From Candidatus Harrisonbacteria bacterium RIFCSPHIGHO2_02_FULL_42_16 (GTDB lineage: Bacteria; Patescibacteriota; Minisyncoccia; UBA6257; 02-FULL-45-10c), in contig MHJG01000009.1 in assembly GCA_001818695.1 (NCBI GenBank), positions 309-64,308 on the forward strand: DNA of 64,000 nt, in the 5' to 3' direction. The translations under genes and the position numbers were made by a program. The notes below the pieces were generated by a model, which saw nothing but the letters and a program-made list of their open reading frames with translations, did not search any database and was not told the origin of the DNA. Of this stretch, positions 38,301-45,751 are shown one piece after another. Numbering within the stretch: the stretch's first letter is position 1; each line of letters begins with the position of its first letter.

Positions 38301-38991
38301 TACCTTTTGATTTGCCCGCCGAAGCTTTAGTGAGGGAGGGTTTTAATTCAAATTTTACATATACTGACGGGTCTTTCACCTTATGATACGCGCCAGGCAT
38401 TCCAAGTTCGTGGCTGGAAAGAGGCGTTTGGCAGCGGGTGCAGTAGGGAACAATTTTAAATGATTGGGTTAGCAGGCCGCGCTTGGCGATTTCTTTGAAA
38501 ATCCACCACAAACTTTCTATATAATCTGGCTTATAAGTAATATAAGGATTTTTTAAGTCCAGCCAAAAGCCGATTCGGTCCGTAAATTTTTCCCATTCGT
38601 CCTGATATTTCCAAACCGACGCCTTGGCTTTTTCATTGAATTCCGCGATGCCGAATTTTTCAATTTCTTGTTTATTTTTCAAACCCAGCTCTTTTTCCAC
38701 CTCAATTTCTACCGGCAATCCTTGCGTGTCCCAGCCGGCTTTCCGGCGGACAAAAAATCCGCGCATGGTTTTATACCGGCAAATAATATCTTTAAAGGCG
38801 CGGCCTTCCGCGTGGCCCATGTGCGGCTGGCCGTTGGCTGTCGGTGGCCCTTCAAAAAACCTGAATACTTTCCGCGTTAATCCGCGCATATCCGCAGTTT
38901 GAGTTTTCTCAAAAATCTTATTTTCCTTCCAGAATTTAAGGACTTTTTCCTCTATCTCCGGCAATTTAAATTCTTTAAGCTTTTGTAACAT
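35389..38991 (-). CDS. ileS: isoleucyl-tRNA synthetase (type 2) with an in-frame histidine-phosphatase (PGAM-like) domain insertion
   Basis: HMGH (PHMGHAEGRA), CP1 editing domain, KMSKS (KMSKSRGN), anticodon-binding C-terminus. 1200 aa. Insert of about 237 aa lies between RYWGTPLPIWQHANG and ELDLHRPYMD. Confidence 0.9.
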   Translation of the reverse strand: MLQKLKEFKLPEIEEKVLKFWKENKIFEKTQTADMRGLTRKVFRFFEGPPTANGQPHMGHAEGRAFKDIICRYKTMRGFFVRRKAGWDTQGLPVEIEVEKELGLKNKQEIEKFGIAEFNEKAKASVWKYQDEWEKFTDRIGFWLDLKNPYITYKPDYIESLWWIFKEIAKRGLLTQSFKIVPYCTRCQTPLSSHELGMPGAYHKVKDPSVYVKFELKPSLTKASAGKSKGNEYLLIWTTTPWTLPANVAIAVNPKLTYTKYKIGNEYLWSYNAPPTIDNVKYEVIEKMSGKKLIGLKYKQLFNVKGAWQKNSKFFKVCGADFVSTEEGTGLVHIAPAFGENDMKLMQEVLSVKSEKLKINDIPITVDDRGMVAKGLPGAGKPAKTADRDIVSHLEKTKALLKAGSYEHEYPFCWRCDTPLLYMAKFSWFIEMSKLRDEIIANGKKINWVPEHIKQGRFGEWLKEVKDWSISRNRYWGTPLPIWQHANGARSAKASRNANAPMRTKEQCGHTEVIGSLEDLDKLRYSQNNFWLLRHGEAEHNLNNLIASGPEHGKNISRLTIKGKKNAESAAINLKKELGNKKLDFIFASPYNRTKETAKIAAKITKSRVIIDKRLSEINCGIFNWRPVEEHHKFHKNDLERFTKICPGGENLNEVKKRMLEAIIDINSRYNGKNILIVSHGDPLWVLEGAMRGLSNEEILKLNYIKVNGIAKKTELHNWPYNPVGELDLHRPYMDKIHLKCAKCDGKMIRVKEVADIWFDSGAMPYAQWHYPFENKDLIDKQLAFPADYISEGIDQTRGWFYSLLAIATLLKKNTPYLNVVTQGHILDKFGKKMSKSRGNAINPREMMDKYGADTLRWYFYTQTIPGEPKVFDELDLGKTLRKFIMIIYNSFVFWNTYAEKTSNSRLPTPSTNILDRWIISKLNKTAADATENLEKYDISGSAKSIEIFVDDLSRWYIRRSRSRLQKPKNKNDFKSASETLYYSLFVLSKLIAPFTPFFAEALYLSLTKNKNQQIKNSVHLDAWPKADEKEMDYSLLEKMEEVRRISGLALALRAEKGVKVRQPLQTLEIKSSKIDARDTELIEVIKNEVNVKKVNWNMVIKNEVNLDFKITPELQEEGLLRELARMVQGLRHDANYIPKDTIALMIDTQAYKTTLEKNANFLKKEVGAKSIEFKKTGKFDAELNSKLNEEPIWIGVKKI

Positions 38992-39144
38992 ATCTTTATA
39001 TAATAGGGAAAAATTAGCTTATTTTCAAATAAAAAACCGCTTCGCGAGAAGCGGCGTTACTTTGGAATTCTTTTATGCGCTTTTTTAAGACGCGCAATGA
39101 CTTTGTATAATCTTTTAAGCAGTTTAATTTCATCCTTTATAGAT

Positions 39145-39276
39145 TTAAAGATTACGAAATACTCTTTGGCTTTTCTCGCTTAAAGTATGATGAACTGCAA
39201 CATTTATTTGGGCCGCATCCACTTTATTGGGATGAGGAAAATTTATGATACTCCGACGTATTATTTCTTTTTTCAT
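39145..39276 (-). CDS. small hypothetical protein (43 aa) with G-rich SD and own terminator
   Basis: MKKEIIRRSIINFPHPNKVDAAQINVAVHHTLSEKSQRVFRNL. SD GAGGGG four nt upstream. Terminator at 39033-39067. Confidence 0.3.
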   Translation of the reverse strand: MKKEIIRRSIINFPHPNKVDAAQINVAVHHTLSEKSQRVFRNL

Positions 39277-39376
39277 TTGCCCCTCACTTTTGAGTTCTAA
39301 ATACAATAGTATATTGTTATGCCTATTTGTCAACAAAAAACCGCCTATTTAGAAAGCGGTTAAATTTGGAAGTGGT

Positions 39377-39682
39377 CTAATCAACTGTAAATAATCCCAT
39401 ATCTTCTTGTGATACTTTTCCGATGACAAGGCCTAAAGAGTTATCCCTCTCCAAATATTTATCAAGAGCTTCGTAGGATTTGCTGTAGGCAATTAAATAT
39501 TGGTATTTTTCTTCTTTCAAAAGAACTTCATACCAGCCAGTATGTTTAAAGTTTTTAAGTTTTTTGTATACTTGTTTGGATTTTCTTTGTCTTGATTGCG
39601 CGGATTCTTTTGGGTTCCACCGAAGCACAAAAACATCGGCTTCTCCGGTCGCATATCTTACTCTAACTCTTTTTTCTTTCAT
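39377..39682 (-). CDS. small basic hypothetical protein (about 101 aa)
   Basis: MKEKRVRVRYATGEADVFVLRWNPK... SD AGAGGGGGT. Own terminator at 39336-39362. Confidence 0.4.
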   Translation of the reverse strand: MKEKRVRVRYATGEADVFVLRWNPKESAQSRQRKSKQVYKKLKNFKHTGWYEVLLKEEKYQYLIAYSKSYEALDKYLERDNSLGLVIGKVSQEDMGLFTVD

Positions 39683-39791
39683 TTTTACCCCCTCTTTCGA
39701 AATTAATAGCAAAGACCTAATTTAATAATAAGGCAGATATTATTTTTGTCAAATAAAAACCGCTCTCATGGAAGCGGCGTTAAATATTACT

Positions 39792-40040
39792 TCAAACAAA
39801 TTCTTTTCGGATTGTTTTGGCTATTCTAATGAACGTAGCTTTATTCACCCACTGACCGTTATATTTTTTATGAAATCGCCACCAAGATTTATTTTTTCTA
39901 AGCGTTAAAAATCTAATCTCTCCTATATTATAATTTTCATCCTGAGTCCAAACTTCTATTCTGCCAGCAACATAACCAAAATAATTTTTATTCAATACTG
40001 CCTCTTCCACAAAAACGAGTAGATACTTACCTTTTTTCAA
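39792..40040 (-). CDS. small basic hypothetical protein (82 aa, TTG start)
   Basis: (M)KKGKYLLVFVEEAVLNKNYFGYVAGRIEVW... SD GGGAGGGG. Own terminator at 39750-39784. Confidence 0.4.
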   Translation of the reverse strand: MKKGKYLLVFVEEAVLNKNYFGYVAGRIEVWTQDENYNIGEIRFLTLRKNKSWWRFHKKYNGQWVNKATFIRIAKTIRKEFV

Positions 40041-40105
40041 TTTTAACCCCTCCCTACTAAGACGCTACATTCATTTAATCACGAAATTTAAATTTTTCAA
40101 AATTA

Positions 40106-41716
40106 CTACATTTTCTTCGGCTTGCTGATGCCGAGGATGCTAAATAGATTTTCCAGCGCGATTTTTGTCGCGGAAACGAGCGCGAGGCGCGCTTGAGCTG
40201 TCTCTGGCTCGGCATCAATAACCCGTTCTTTTTCATAAAAGTTATGGAATGAACGCGCCAGCCGGGCGGCGTATTCTGTTAACCGATGCACTTGGTAATC
40301 TTTCACGGTTTGCGCCAAAACATCCGGAAATTTCATCAATTCCAGCATAAGCTTAATTTCAGTGATAGAATTTAGCATTTTTAAATTATTATTTGTCGCT
40401 TGTCGCTTGTCGCTTGTCGCTTTTCGTAAGATGTGTAAACATCTTACGAAAGCGTACTGAACATAATAAACCGGATTTTTCTGCGAACGTTCTTTTGCCA
40501 AATCCATATCAAAATCCATATGCGTGTCCAAAGAGTGCATTAAAAAGAAAAATCTGGCGGCATCCAAACCGACTTCTTTTAGCAAATCATCCAGCGTTAC
40601 AAATTCACCGGCGCGCTTGGACATCTTCACTTCTTTTCCTTTGCTTATCAGCCGCACTAATTGGGTAATTAAAATTTTAAGCCGTTTCGGTTTTACGCCC
40701 AGCGCTCTAATGCCGCTTTCCATTCGCGCTTTATAGCCGTGGTGGTCTGCTCCCCAGATATCAATCGCCAAATCAAATTTTCTTTTTAAAAATTTATCGT
40801 AATGATAAGCCAAATCCGCTAAAAAATAAGTCGGATTGCCGTCGGATTTTATCAAAACAGCATCTTTTAGCCACATAGCCCCATCTTTTTCATAAACCAC
40901 CTTTTTTCCCTTGAGAAATTTTAATGTTTTTTTGAGCTCTCCTTTTTTATGTAAATTTTTATCTTCCGAAAACCAAATATCGTGCTTGATGCCCGCATTT
41001 TTAAGAGATTTTTTTATTTCTTTAAATAAAATTTTAGCCGCTTCTTTTCCGATTTTTTCGCCATCGTAATTTTTTACTTTTAACTTTAAACTTTTAACTA
41101 AGTCCTTGACGTATTCTCCTTTATAATACTCATCTTTCCAGGGAATTTTTCCTTCAGCCGCCAAAATGCTTTCTCCCAAGAGCTTGATTTGATTGCCGGC
41201 ATCGTTAATATAGTATTCTCGCGTTACTTTATGGCCGGAATTTTCTAATACATTCGCCAGAACATCGCCATAAAATCCGGCGCGGCCGTTGGCCATAGTC
41301 AGCGGACCGGTTGGGTTGGCGGAAACGAATTCAAGGTTTATTGTTCGATGTTTGGTGTTTGGTGTTTGGTGTTTTAAACTGCCATATTTATTTTTTTGTT
41401 TTAGTATTGCTTTCAGTTCATTCTGCAGAATTTCCGGTTTCAGCCAAAAATTTACGAAACCCGGCGACACCGCTTCGATTTTAGCAAAAATCGATTTTGA
41501 GCTTGTTGGGGGGCTACTTAATTTTGATGCTATTTCTTTTGCGATTTCAAACGGCGTCTTTCCCGCCATCCCCGAAGAAGCTTTGTTTGTCGGGGTAAAC
41601 TTAAAAGCCATATTTGTAGAATAGTGTCCAAAATTTTCCTTTTCGGAAGCAAAAACTTCAATACCTATTTTTTCTTTAATTGCTTTTTGAAGCTGGTTTT
41701 TGATTTGCTCAATCAT
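40106..41716 (-). CDS. argS: arginyl-tRNA synthetase
   Basis: ArgRS N-terminal add-on domain, catalytic core SANPTGPL(TMAN)GR in place of HIGH, KMSKR, DALR anticodon-binding domain. Confidence 0.9.
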   Translation of the reverse strand: MIEQIKNQLQKAIKEKIGIEVFASEKENFGHYSTNMAFKFTPTNKASSGMAGKTPFEIAKEIASKLSSPPTSSKSIFAKIEAVSPGFVNFWLKPEILQNELKAILKQKNKYGSLKHQTPNTKHRTINLEFVSANPTGPLTMANGRAGFYGDVLANVLENSGHKVTREYYINDAGNQIKLLGESILAAEGKIPWKDEYYKGEYVKDLVKSLKLKVKNYDGEKIGKEAAKILFKEIKKSLKNAGIKHDIWFSEDKNLHKKGELKKTLKFLKGKKVVYEKDGAMWLKDAVLIKSDGNPTYFLADLAYHYDKFLKRKFDLAIDIWGADHHGYKARMESGIRALGVKPKRLKILITQLVRLISKGKEVKMSKRAGEFVTLDDLLKEVGLDAARFFFLMHSLDTHMDFDMDLAKERSQKNPVYYVQYAFVRCLHILRKATSDKRQATNNNLKMLNSITEIKLMLELMKFPDVLAQTVKDYQVHRLTEYAARLARSFHNFYEKERVIDAEPETAQARLALVSATKIALENLFSILGISKPKKM

Positions 41717-41797
41717 GATTAAATTGTATCACTGCTTGACATTAAAATTAAACTTCAATAAACTACTAAATAGTTCAACAAATATTAGGAGTAGTGT

Positions 41798-41926
41798 GTG
41801 CCAAAAACATTGCCTAAACTGAATCGTGTAAAAAGAAAAAAGAGGGGATCAACTAAACGTAAGTTAAAAGATAAAGAAACTTTCTCAATCCTGCGTCAAA
41901 TGCTTACACATTCGGGTCTGCCCTGA
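41798..41926 (+). CDS. possible small basic protein (42 aa, GTG start)
   Basis: VPKTLPKLNRVKRKKRGSTKRKLKDKETFSILRQMLTHSGLP. AGGAG six nt upstream. Stop sits inside terminator hairpin TCTGCC..GGCAGA + T6. Confidence 0.3.
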   Translation: MPKTLPKLNRVKRKKRGSTKRKLKDKETFSILRQMLTHSGLP

Positions 41927-41968
41927 CCGGCAGATTTTTTATTCTCTCAAATAGCTTACAATAAAGGT

Positions 41969-42409
41969 ATGAAATATTTATCGGAAAATCGGCGAGTGCG
42001 GTTTGATTACGAGATTTTGGAGACATTTGAAGCGGGAATGGTTTTGACCGGACAGGAAGTGAAATCCATAAAATCCGGACGCGCGAACTTAACCGGCGCT
42101 TATGTGGTCGTAAAGCCGGATAACGCTGTACTTTTAAATTGCCAGATTTCTCCATATCAGCCGAAAAATATGTCAGTTGATTATAAGCCAGACAGAACCC
42201 GCCAACTGCTTTTAAACAAAAAAGAACTTGATTATTTATTCGGAAAAACCAAAGAAGGTTTGACGATTGTGCCGTTGTCGCTGTATAATAAAGGTCGTCG
42301 AATTAAACTATCTATTGGCCTCGCGCGGCACAAGAAAAAACAGGATAAAAGGGGTAGTATAAAGAAAAGGGAATTTGAAAGAGAACGGGGAAGAACTTTA
42401 AAATCTTAA
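41969..42409 (+). CDS. smpB: SsrA-binding protein
   Basis: Typical SmpB sequence with a basic C-terminal tail. Confidence 0.9.
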   Translation: MKYLSENRRVRFDYEILETFEAGMVLTGQEVKSIKSGRANLTGAYVVVKPDNAVLLNCQISPYQPKNMSVDYKPDRTRQLLLNKKELDYLFGKTKEGLTIVPLSLYNKGRRIKLSIGLARHKKKQDKRGSIKKREFERERGRTLKS

Positions 42410-42412
42410 AAC

Positions 42413-42753
42413 GGGAGTGAAAAGCTTCGACAAATTATTTTCTATCAAATTAGCAAGCGGAGTGGCAACCTCATTAAAAGTTGCAAAACAATAAGTGCAA
42501 ACTTATTCAACAAACAGCCAGCTTTAGCTTACGCTTAACTGGCCATCGCTCAACTAAAGCTTGATAAGTTATTAAGCGGTGTCAAACATCAAGCTCTGCC
42601 TTGATACGCTGATATTCAAGGCGAAACTAATCAGCACAAAGTTTAAAGTGTTTTGTTAGATTATAGCTTTAAATTTTTCAAAATAATCTGACTAAGCTTG
42701 TAGAAAATTTGATAGTAATAATTTGGACGCGGATGCAATTTCCGCCACTTCCA
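42413..42753 (+). ncRNA. ssrA: tmRNA (transfer-messenger RNA)
   Basis: Starts 4 nt after the smpB stop. 5' GGGAGUG pairs with 3' CACUUCC (G3:U wobble as in tRNA-Ala), then discriminator A. T-arm GCGGA-UGCAAUU-UCCGC. Tag ORF GCA AAC UUA UUC AAC AAA CAG CCA GCU UUA GCU UAC GCU UAA (ANLFNKQPALAYA*) has the same ..AAUARGUNGCAAAC.. context as E. coli. Confidence 0.65.
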
Positions 42754-42825
42754 CTCCTTCGCTAAAACTACGGAGTGCGAGCACTACTTCAATAAAAAGT
42801 GCGAGCATTATTAGCTTTACCAAAA

Positions 42826-42856
42826 AATCTCGGCATTACCGAGATTTTTTGTTTTG
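42826..42856 (+). terminator. intrinsic terminator after tmRNA (atctcggcattaccgagat + T-run)
   Basis: aaaaaatctcggcattaccgagattttttgtttt. Confidence 0.6.
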
Positions 42857-42897
42857 CGAAGGAGTGTCCTCCGAAGCCTTGGCGTAGGAGGACAACT

Positions 42898-43153
42898 ATG
42901 TTAATAATTCTGTATGTCCTACGTCTATATTTTATAAAGCCAAAAAGATAAAAGTTATTACACTGGTGTTACAGAAAATTTGTCAGAAAGATTAAAAGCC
43001 CATAACTGGCAGACAGTAAAAATAACTAAATCAAAAACTCCTTATGAAATAGTTTGGTTTTGCGCTTTTGTAGATAAAAATAAAGCAATGGATTTTGAAA
43101 AATATTTAAAATCTGGATCAGGCATAGCCTTTCGTAATAAACATTTACTTTAA
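42898..43153 (+). pseudogene. GIY-YIG (UPF0213/YhbQ-like) nuclease-family gene interrupted by a frameshift in an A5 run
   Basis: Frame A: MLIILYVLRLYFIKPKR* (42898-42951). The -1 frame continues KDKSYYTGVTENLSERLKAHNWQ...SGSGIAFRNKHLL* to 43153. GIY..YIG..N.E.RL..H is the family signature. Confidence 0.5.
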
Positions 43154-43315
43154 TAAAACTTTATTTATCGCTTATTTTGGGTTTTCCAGAATTTACAAAA
43201 GATATCTAAATAAAGAGGAATGATTGACAAGAGTTTAATTTATAACACTTAAATCTTGACTTATAAAATTATCTAAGCTAATCTGTAAAAAGGATCATTT
43301 ACAAAATAACATTGA

Positions 43316-43771
43316 ATGAAACAGAAAAAAGAATATTGGATTTCTTGTTTAGTAAATAAAAATCCTGCGCCAGTTGTGTTTTCAAGCGAAAGAATGGTTG
43401 TGATAGATTATTTAGATAGAAATCAACCGCAGTGGATTATCATTCAGTTAAGAAATGTAATCGAAGCAGGAAACTTTAGTAAGTTTTCCGACGAACTCAA
43501 TTTACTTATTCCGGCTTATATTTTAGTAACGCCAACGCAAAAAGATAAAAAAAATGTTTTTGTTTTTTTACATGATATTGATTGCCGCTCTGTCTGCTTA
43601 CCTATAAAACTTTTAATTCATGAAACAAGAGAAAATTTGCAACGATTACTAAATGTTTTAGATTCCGTTGAATCGTTTACTAAAAAATGGTCTAAAAATA
43701 ATATTCAAATAGTTAATTCTGATTTAGTATTTGATTTACAAAAAGGTAAATTGAAAAGAAAAAGAGCTTAA
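43316..43771 (+). CDS. hypothetical protein (ORFan, AT-rich islet)
   Basis: 151-aa ORF in a very AT-rich stretch downstream of ssrA. No recognisable domain. Confidence 0.4.
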   Translation: MKQKKEYWISCLVNKNPAPVVFSSERMVVIDYLDRNQPQWIIIQLRNVIEAGNFSKFSDELNLLIPAYILVTPTQKDKKNVFVFLHDIDCRSVCLPIKLLIHETRENLQRLLNVLDSVESFTKKWSKNNIQIVNSDLVFDLQKGKLKRKRA

Positions 43772-43998
43772 AACTCTTTTTTATTTTATTTATCGCATAT
43801 ATAATACAAAAACATTAAACAAAATCCGACCCCGTGTATCCCAAGACAAGGAATTCATAAATCTCCCGAACGCTTCGACTTGGTTCGACTTAGCTCACCA
43901 CGAGTAGCTCAGCGCAAGCAAAAGTTTTCCACCCACCCCGATTCATTCCATAAAAATATCTAAAAGAAAAAATAAACAGGTCTTATCGTCGCTGCTTA

Positions 43999-44024
43999 GC
44001 TTGGTTCTAATATTAGAACCAAGC
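43999..44024. repeat. 26-bp perfect palindrome GCTTGGTTCTAATATTAGAACCAAGC (candidate operator) upstream of 44178 ORF
   Basis: Read directly. Confidence 0.8.
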
Positions 44025-44177
44025 AATAAATGATCGATGAGAAATTAACCCTCTCTATATACAAAATAAATTTTAATCTTATTTATCACAATTCGCGTAG
44101 AGATTTGACTTTATTTTTGATATGGAAGTAATATAGCAGGTAGTTTATTTCTAGTAGAAAAGGAGGAAAAGAGCGCT

Positions 44178-44459
44178 ATGAAATTTCCTGAATTTGCCGA
44201 TGCGATGGAAAAAGTTGGTTTTCGGAACGATGAGCCGCTTGCGCCGAAATTTAAGCTGAATAAAAGTGATCTGCAGGACCTCGCATTCAAAGATAGCCAT
44301 ACTAAAGTGGTCGGTTTTTATCGTGTCATAAGTATTTGGTCCGAAGGCGGAGAAGTTGCGTTATGGGCCCAAGAAGACAAGAGCGGCACCAAACTTTTTC
44401 CTTTCCAAAAAGAAGAGGTTGAATTTTTGGTCAAAAGAAACAAATTTAAGAAAAACTAA
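44178..44459 (+). CDS. hypothetical protein (93 aa) with strong SD
   Basis: aaaaggaggaaaagagcgct ATG. No recognisable domain. Confidence 0.45.
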   Translation: MKFPEFADAMEKVGFRNDEPLAPKFKLNKSDLQDLAFKDSHTKVVGFYRVISIWSEGGEVALWAQEDKSGTKLFPFQKEEVEFLVKRNKFKKN

Positions 44460-44591
44460 GGCATTATATTAATTTTTGCTCCTGACTTCGGTTGGGGGCT
44501 TTTTCTTTTTATCCCGAACAAAATCTAACTCTGTGTATTCTAAAAGAAAGAGGGCTATACAAACAAAAACAATTTTGCTATAATTTCTTAA

Positions 44592-45089
44592 TTGATTAGA
44601 ATAAACGAAAAAATAATCGCGACAGAATTATTGGTAATTGATGAGGCCGGCGAGAAGGTTGGCGTATTGCCGTTGGCGGAAGCGTTGGCGCTGGCTAAAG
44701 AGAAGGGCCTGGATTTGATTGAGGTGGCGCCGATGGCGAATCCTCCGGTGGCGAAGATAATGAATTTTGACAAGTATCGCTATCAGGAAATCAAGAAACA
44801 AAAAAAACAGCGCGCCCAGCAGAAAGTTCAGGAATTGAAACAAGTAAGAATCAGCGGCCGTTCCGCCCAGCACGACCTTGAGGTTAAAGCCAAAAGAGTA
44901 GATGAATTTTTAAACGAAGGCAACTTGGTAGAAATTCAATTGACGCTTAAGGGCAGGGAAAAGGCCCACAAGGACTGGGCGAAACAAAAATTGCTGGACT
45001 TCATTAAAATGATTAATCCTGAACATAAAGTGATTTTAGAGCCGAGATACGGCGGCAGGGGTTTTAGCATGCAGGTGATTAAAAAATAA
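44592..45089 (+). CDS. infC: translation initiation factor IF-3
   Basis: INEKIIATELLVIDEAGEKVGV... is IF3 N- and C-domain sequence. Non-ATG (TTG) start, as usual for infC. Confidence 0.85.
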   Translation: MIRINEKIIATELLVIDEAGEKVGVLPLAEALALAKEKGLDLIEVAPMANPPVAKIMNFDKYRYQEIKKQKKQRAQQKVQELKQVRISGRSAQHDLEVKAKRVDEFLNEGNLVEIQLTLKGREKAHKDWAKQKLLDFIKMINPEHKVILEPRYGGRGFSMQVIKK

Positions 45090-45204
45090 TGACCGATTCA
45101 AACTTACAAACTTTTATCCAAATCTACAAACGGTATGTGAATGGCTTAATAAATGGCCATATCTTTGTAGATTCGGATGTTGTTTGTAGGTTTGGATCGC
45201 TACT

Positions 45205-45378
45205 ATGAGAAAAAGTTTTAAAAAAAGATTAAAAATAACGAGAACCGGAAAATTGGTGCGGAGGAAGATGGGTCAAGGCCATAATCGCGCCAAAAAAAGC
45301 GGAAAGCAGATACGCAATAAAAGAAAAGAATTGTCTTTAGGGACATCGTTTGTTAGAATTTTTAAAAAATACACCTAA
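45205..45378 (+). CDS. rpmI: 50S ribosomal protein L35
   Basis: Hand-translated MRKSFKKRLKITRTGKLVRRKMGQGHNRAKKSGKQIRNKRKELSLGTSFVRIFKKYT (57 aa). Missing from the track because it is under 60 aa. Confidence 0.8.
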   Translation: MRKSFKKRLKITRTGKLVRRKMGQGHNRAKKSGKQIRNKRKELSLGTSFVRIFKKYT

Positions 45379-45381
45379 TTT

Positions 45382-45726
45382 ATGAGCAGAGTAAAACGGG
45401 GCGTAATTGCCAATAAAAAAAGAAAAAAGATATTAAAATATACCAAGGGGTTTCGATGGGGCAGAAAGTCCAAAGAACGCGCCGCCAAGGAGGCCCTGCT
45501 TCATGCTTGGAGTCATGCGTTTCGCGGCCGTAAAGAAAAAAAGCGGAATTACCGCCAGCTTTGGAATGTTCAGATAAACGCCGGCGCGCGCGCCAATGGA
45601 ATGAAATACAGCGAATTGGTTAATAAGCTGAAAAAGGCGAAAGTTAAGCTGGACAGAAAAATACTTGCGGAGCTTGCCCGAACCGAACCGAAAGTGTTTG
45701 CGAAAGTATTAGAGGCAGTAAAGTAA
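45382..45726 (+). CDS. rplT: 50S ribosomal protein L20
   Basis: MSRVKRGV...KRKKILK..KGFRWGRK is a typical L20. Followed by terminator AACCGC..GCGGTT. Confidence 0.9.
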   Translation: MSRVKRGVIANKKRKKILKYTKGFRWGRKSKERAAKEALLHAWSHAFRGRKEKKRNYRQLWNVQINAGARANGMKYSELVNKLKKAKVKLDRKILAELARTEPKVFAKVLEAVK

Positions 45727-45751
45727 AAACCGCTCTAAAAATAGGGCGGTT

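Noticed and set aside
42412-42760. Two-piece/permuted tmRNA or minus-strand tmRNA
   Set aside because: A standard one-piece plus-strand tmRNA with a paired 5'/3' acceptor was found, so a permuted arrangement is not needed.
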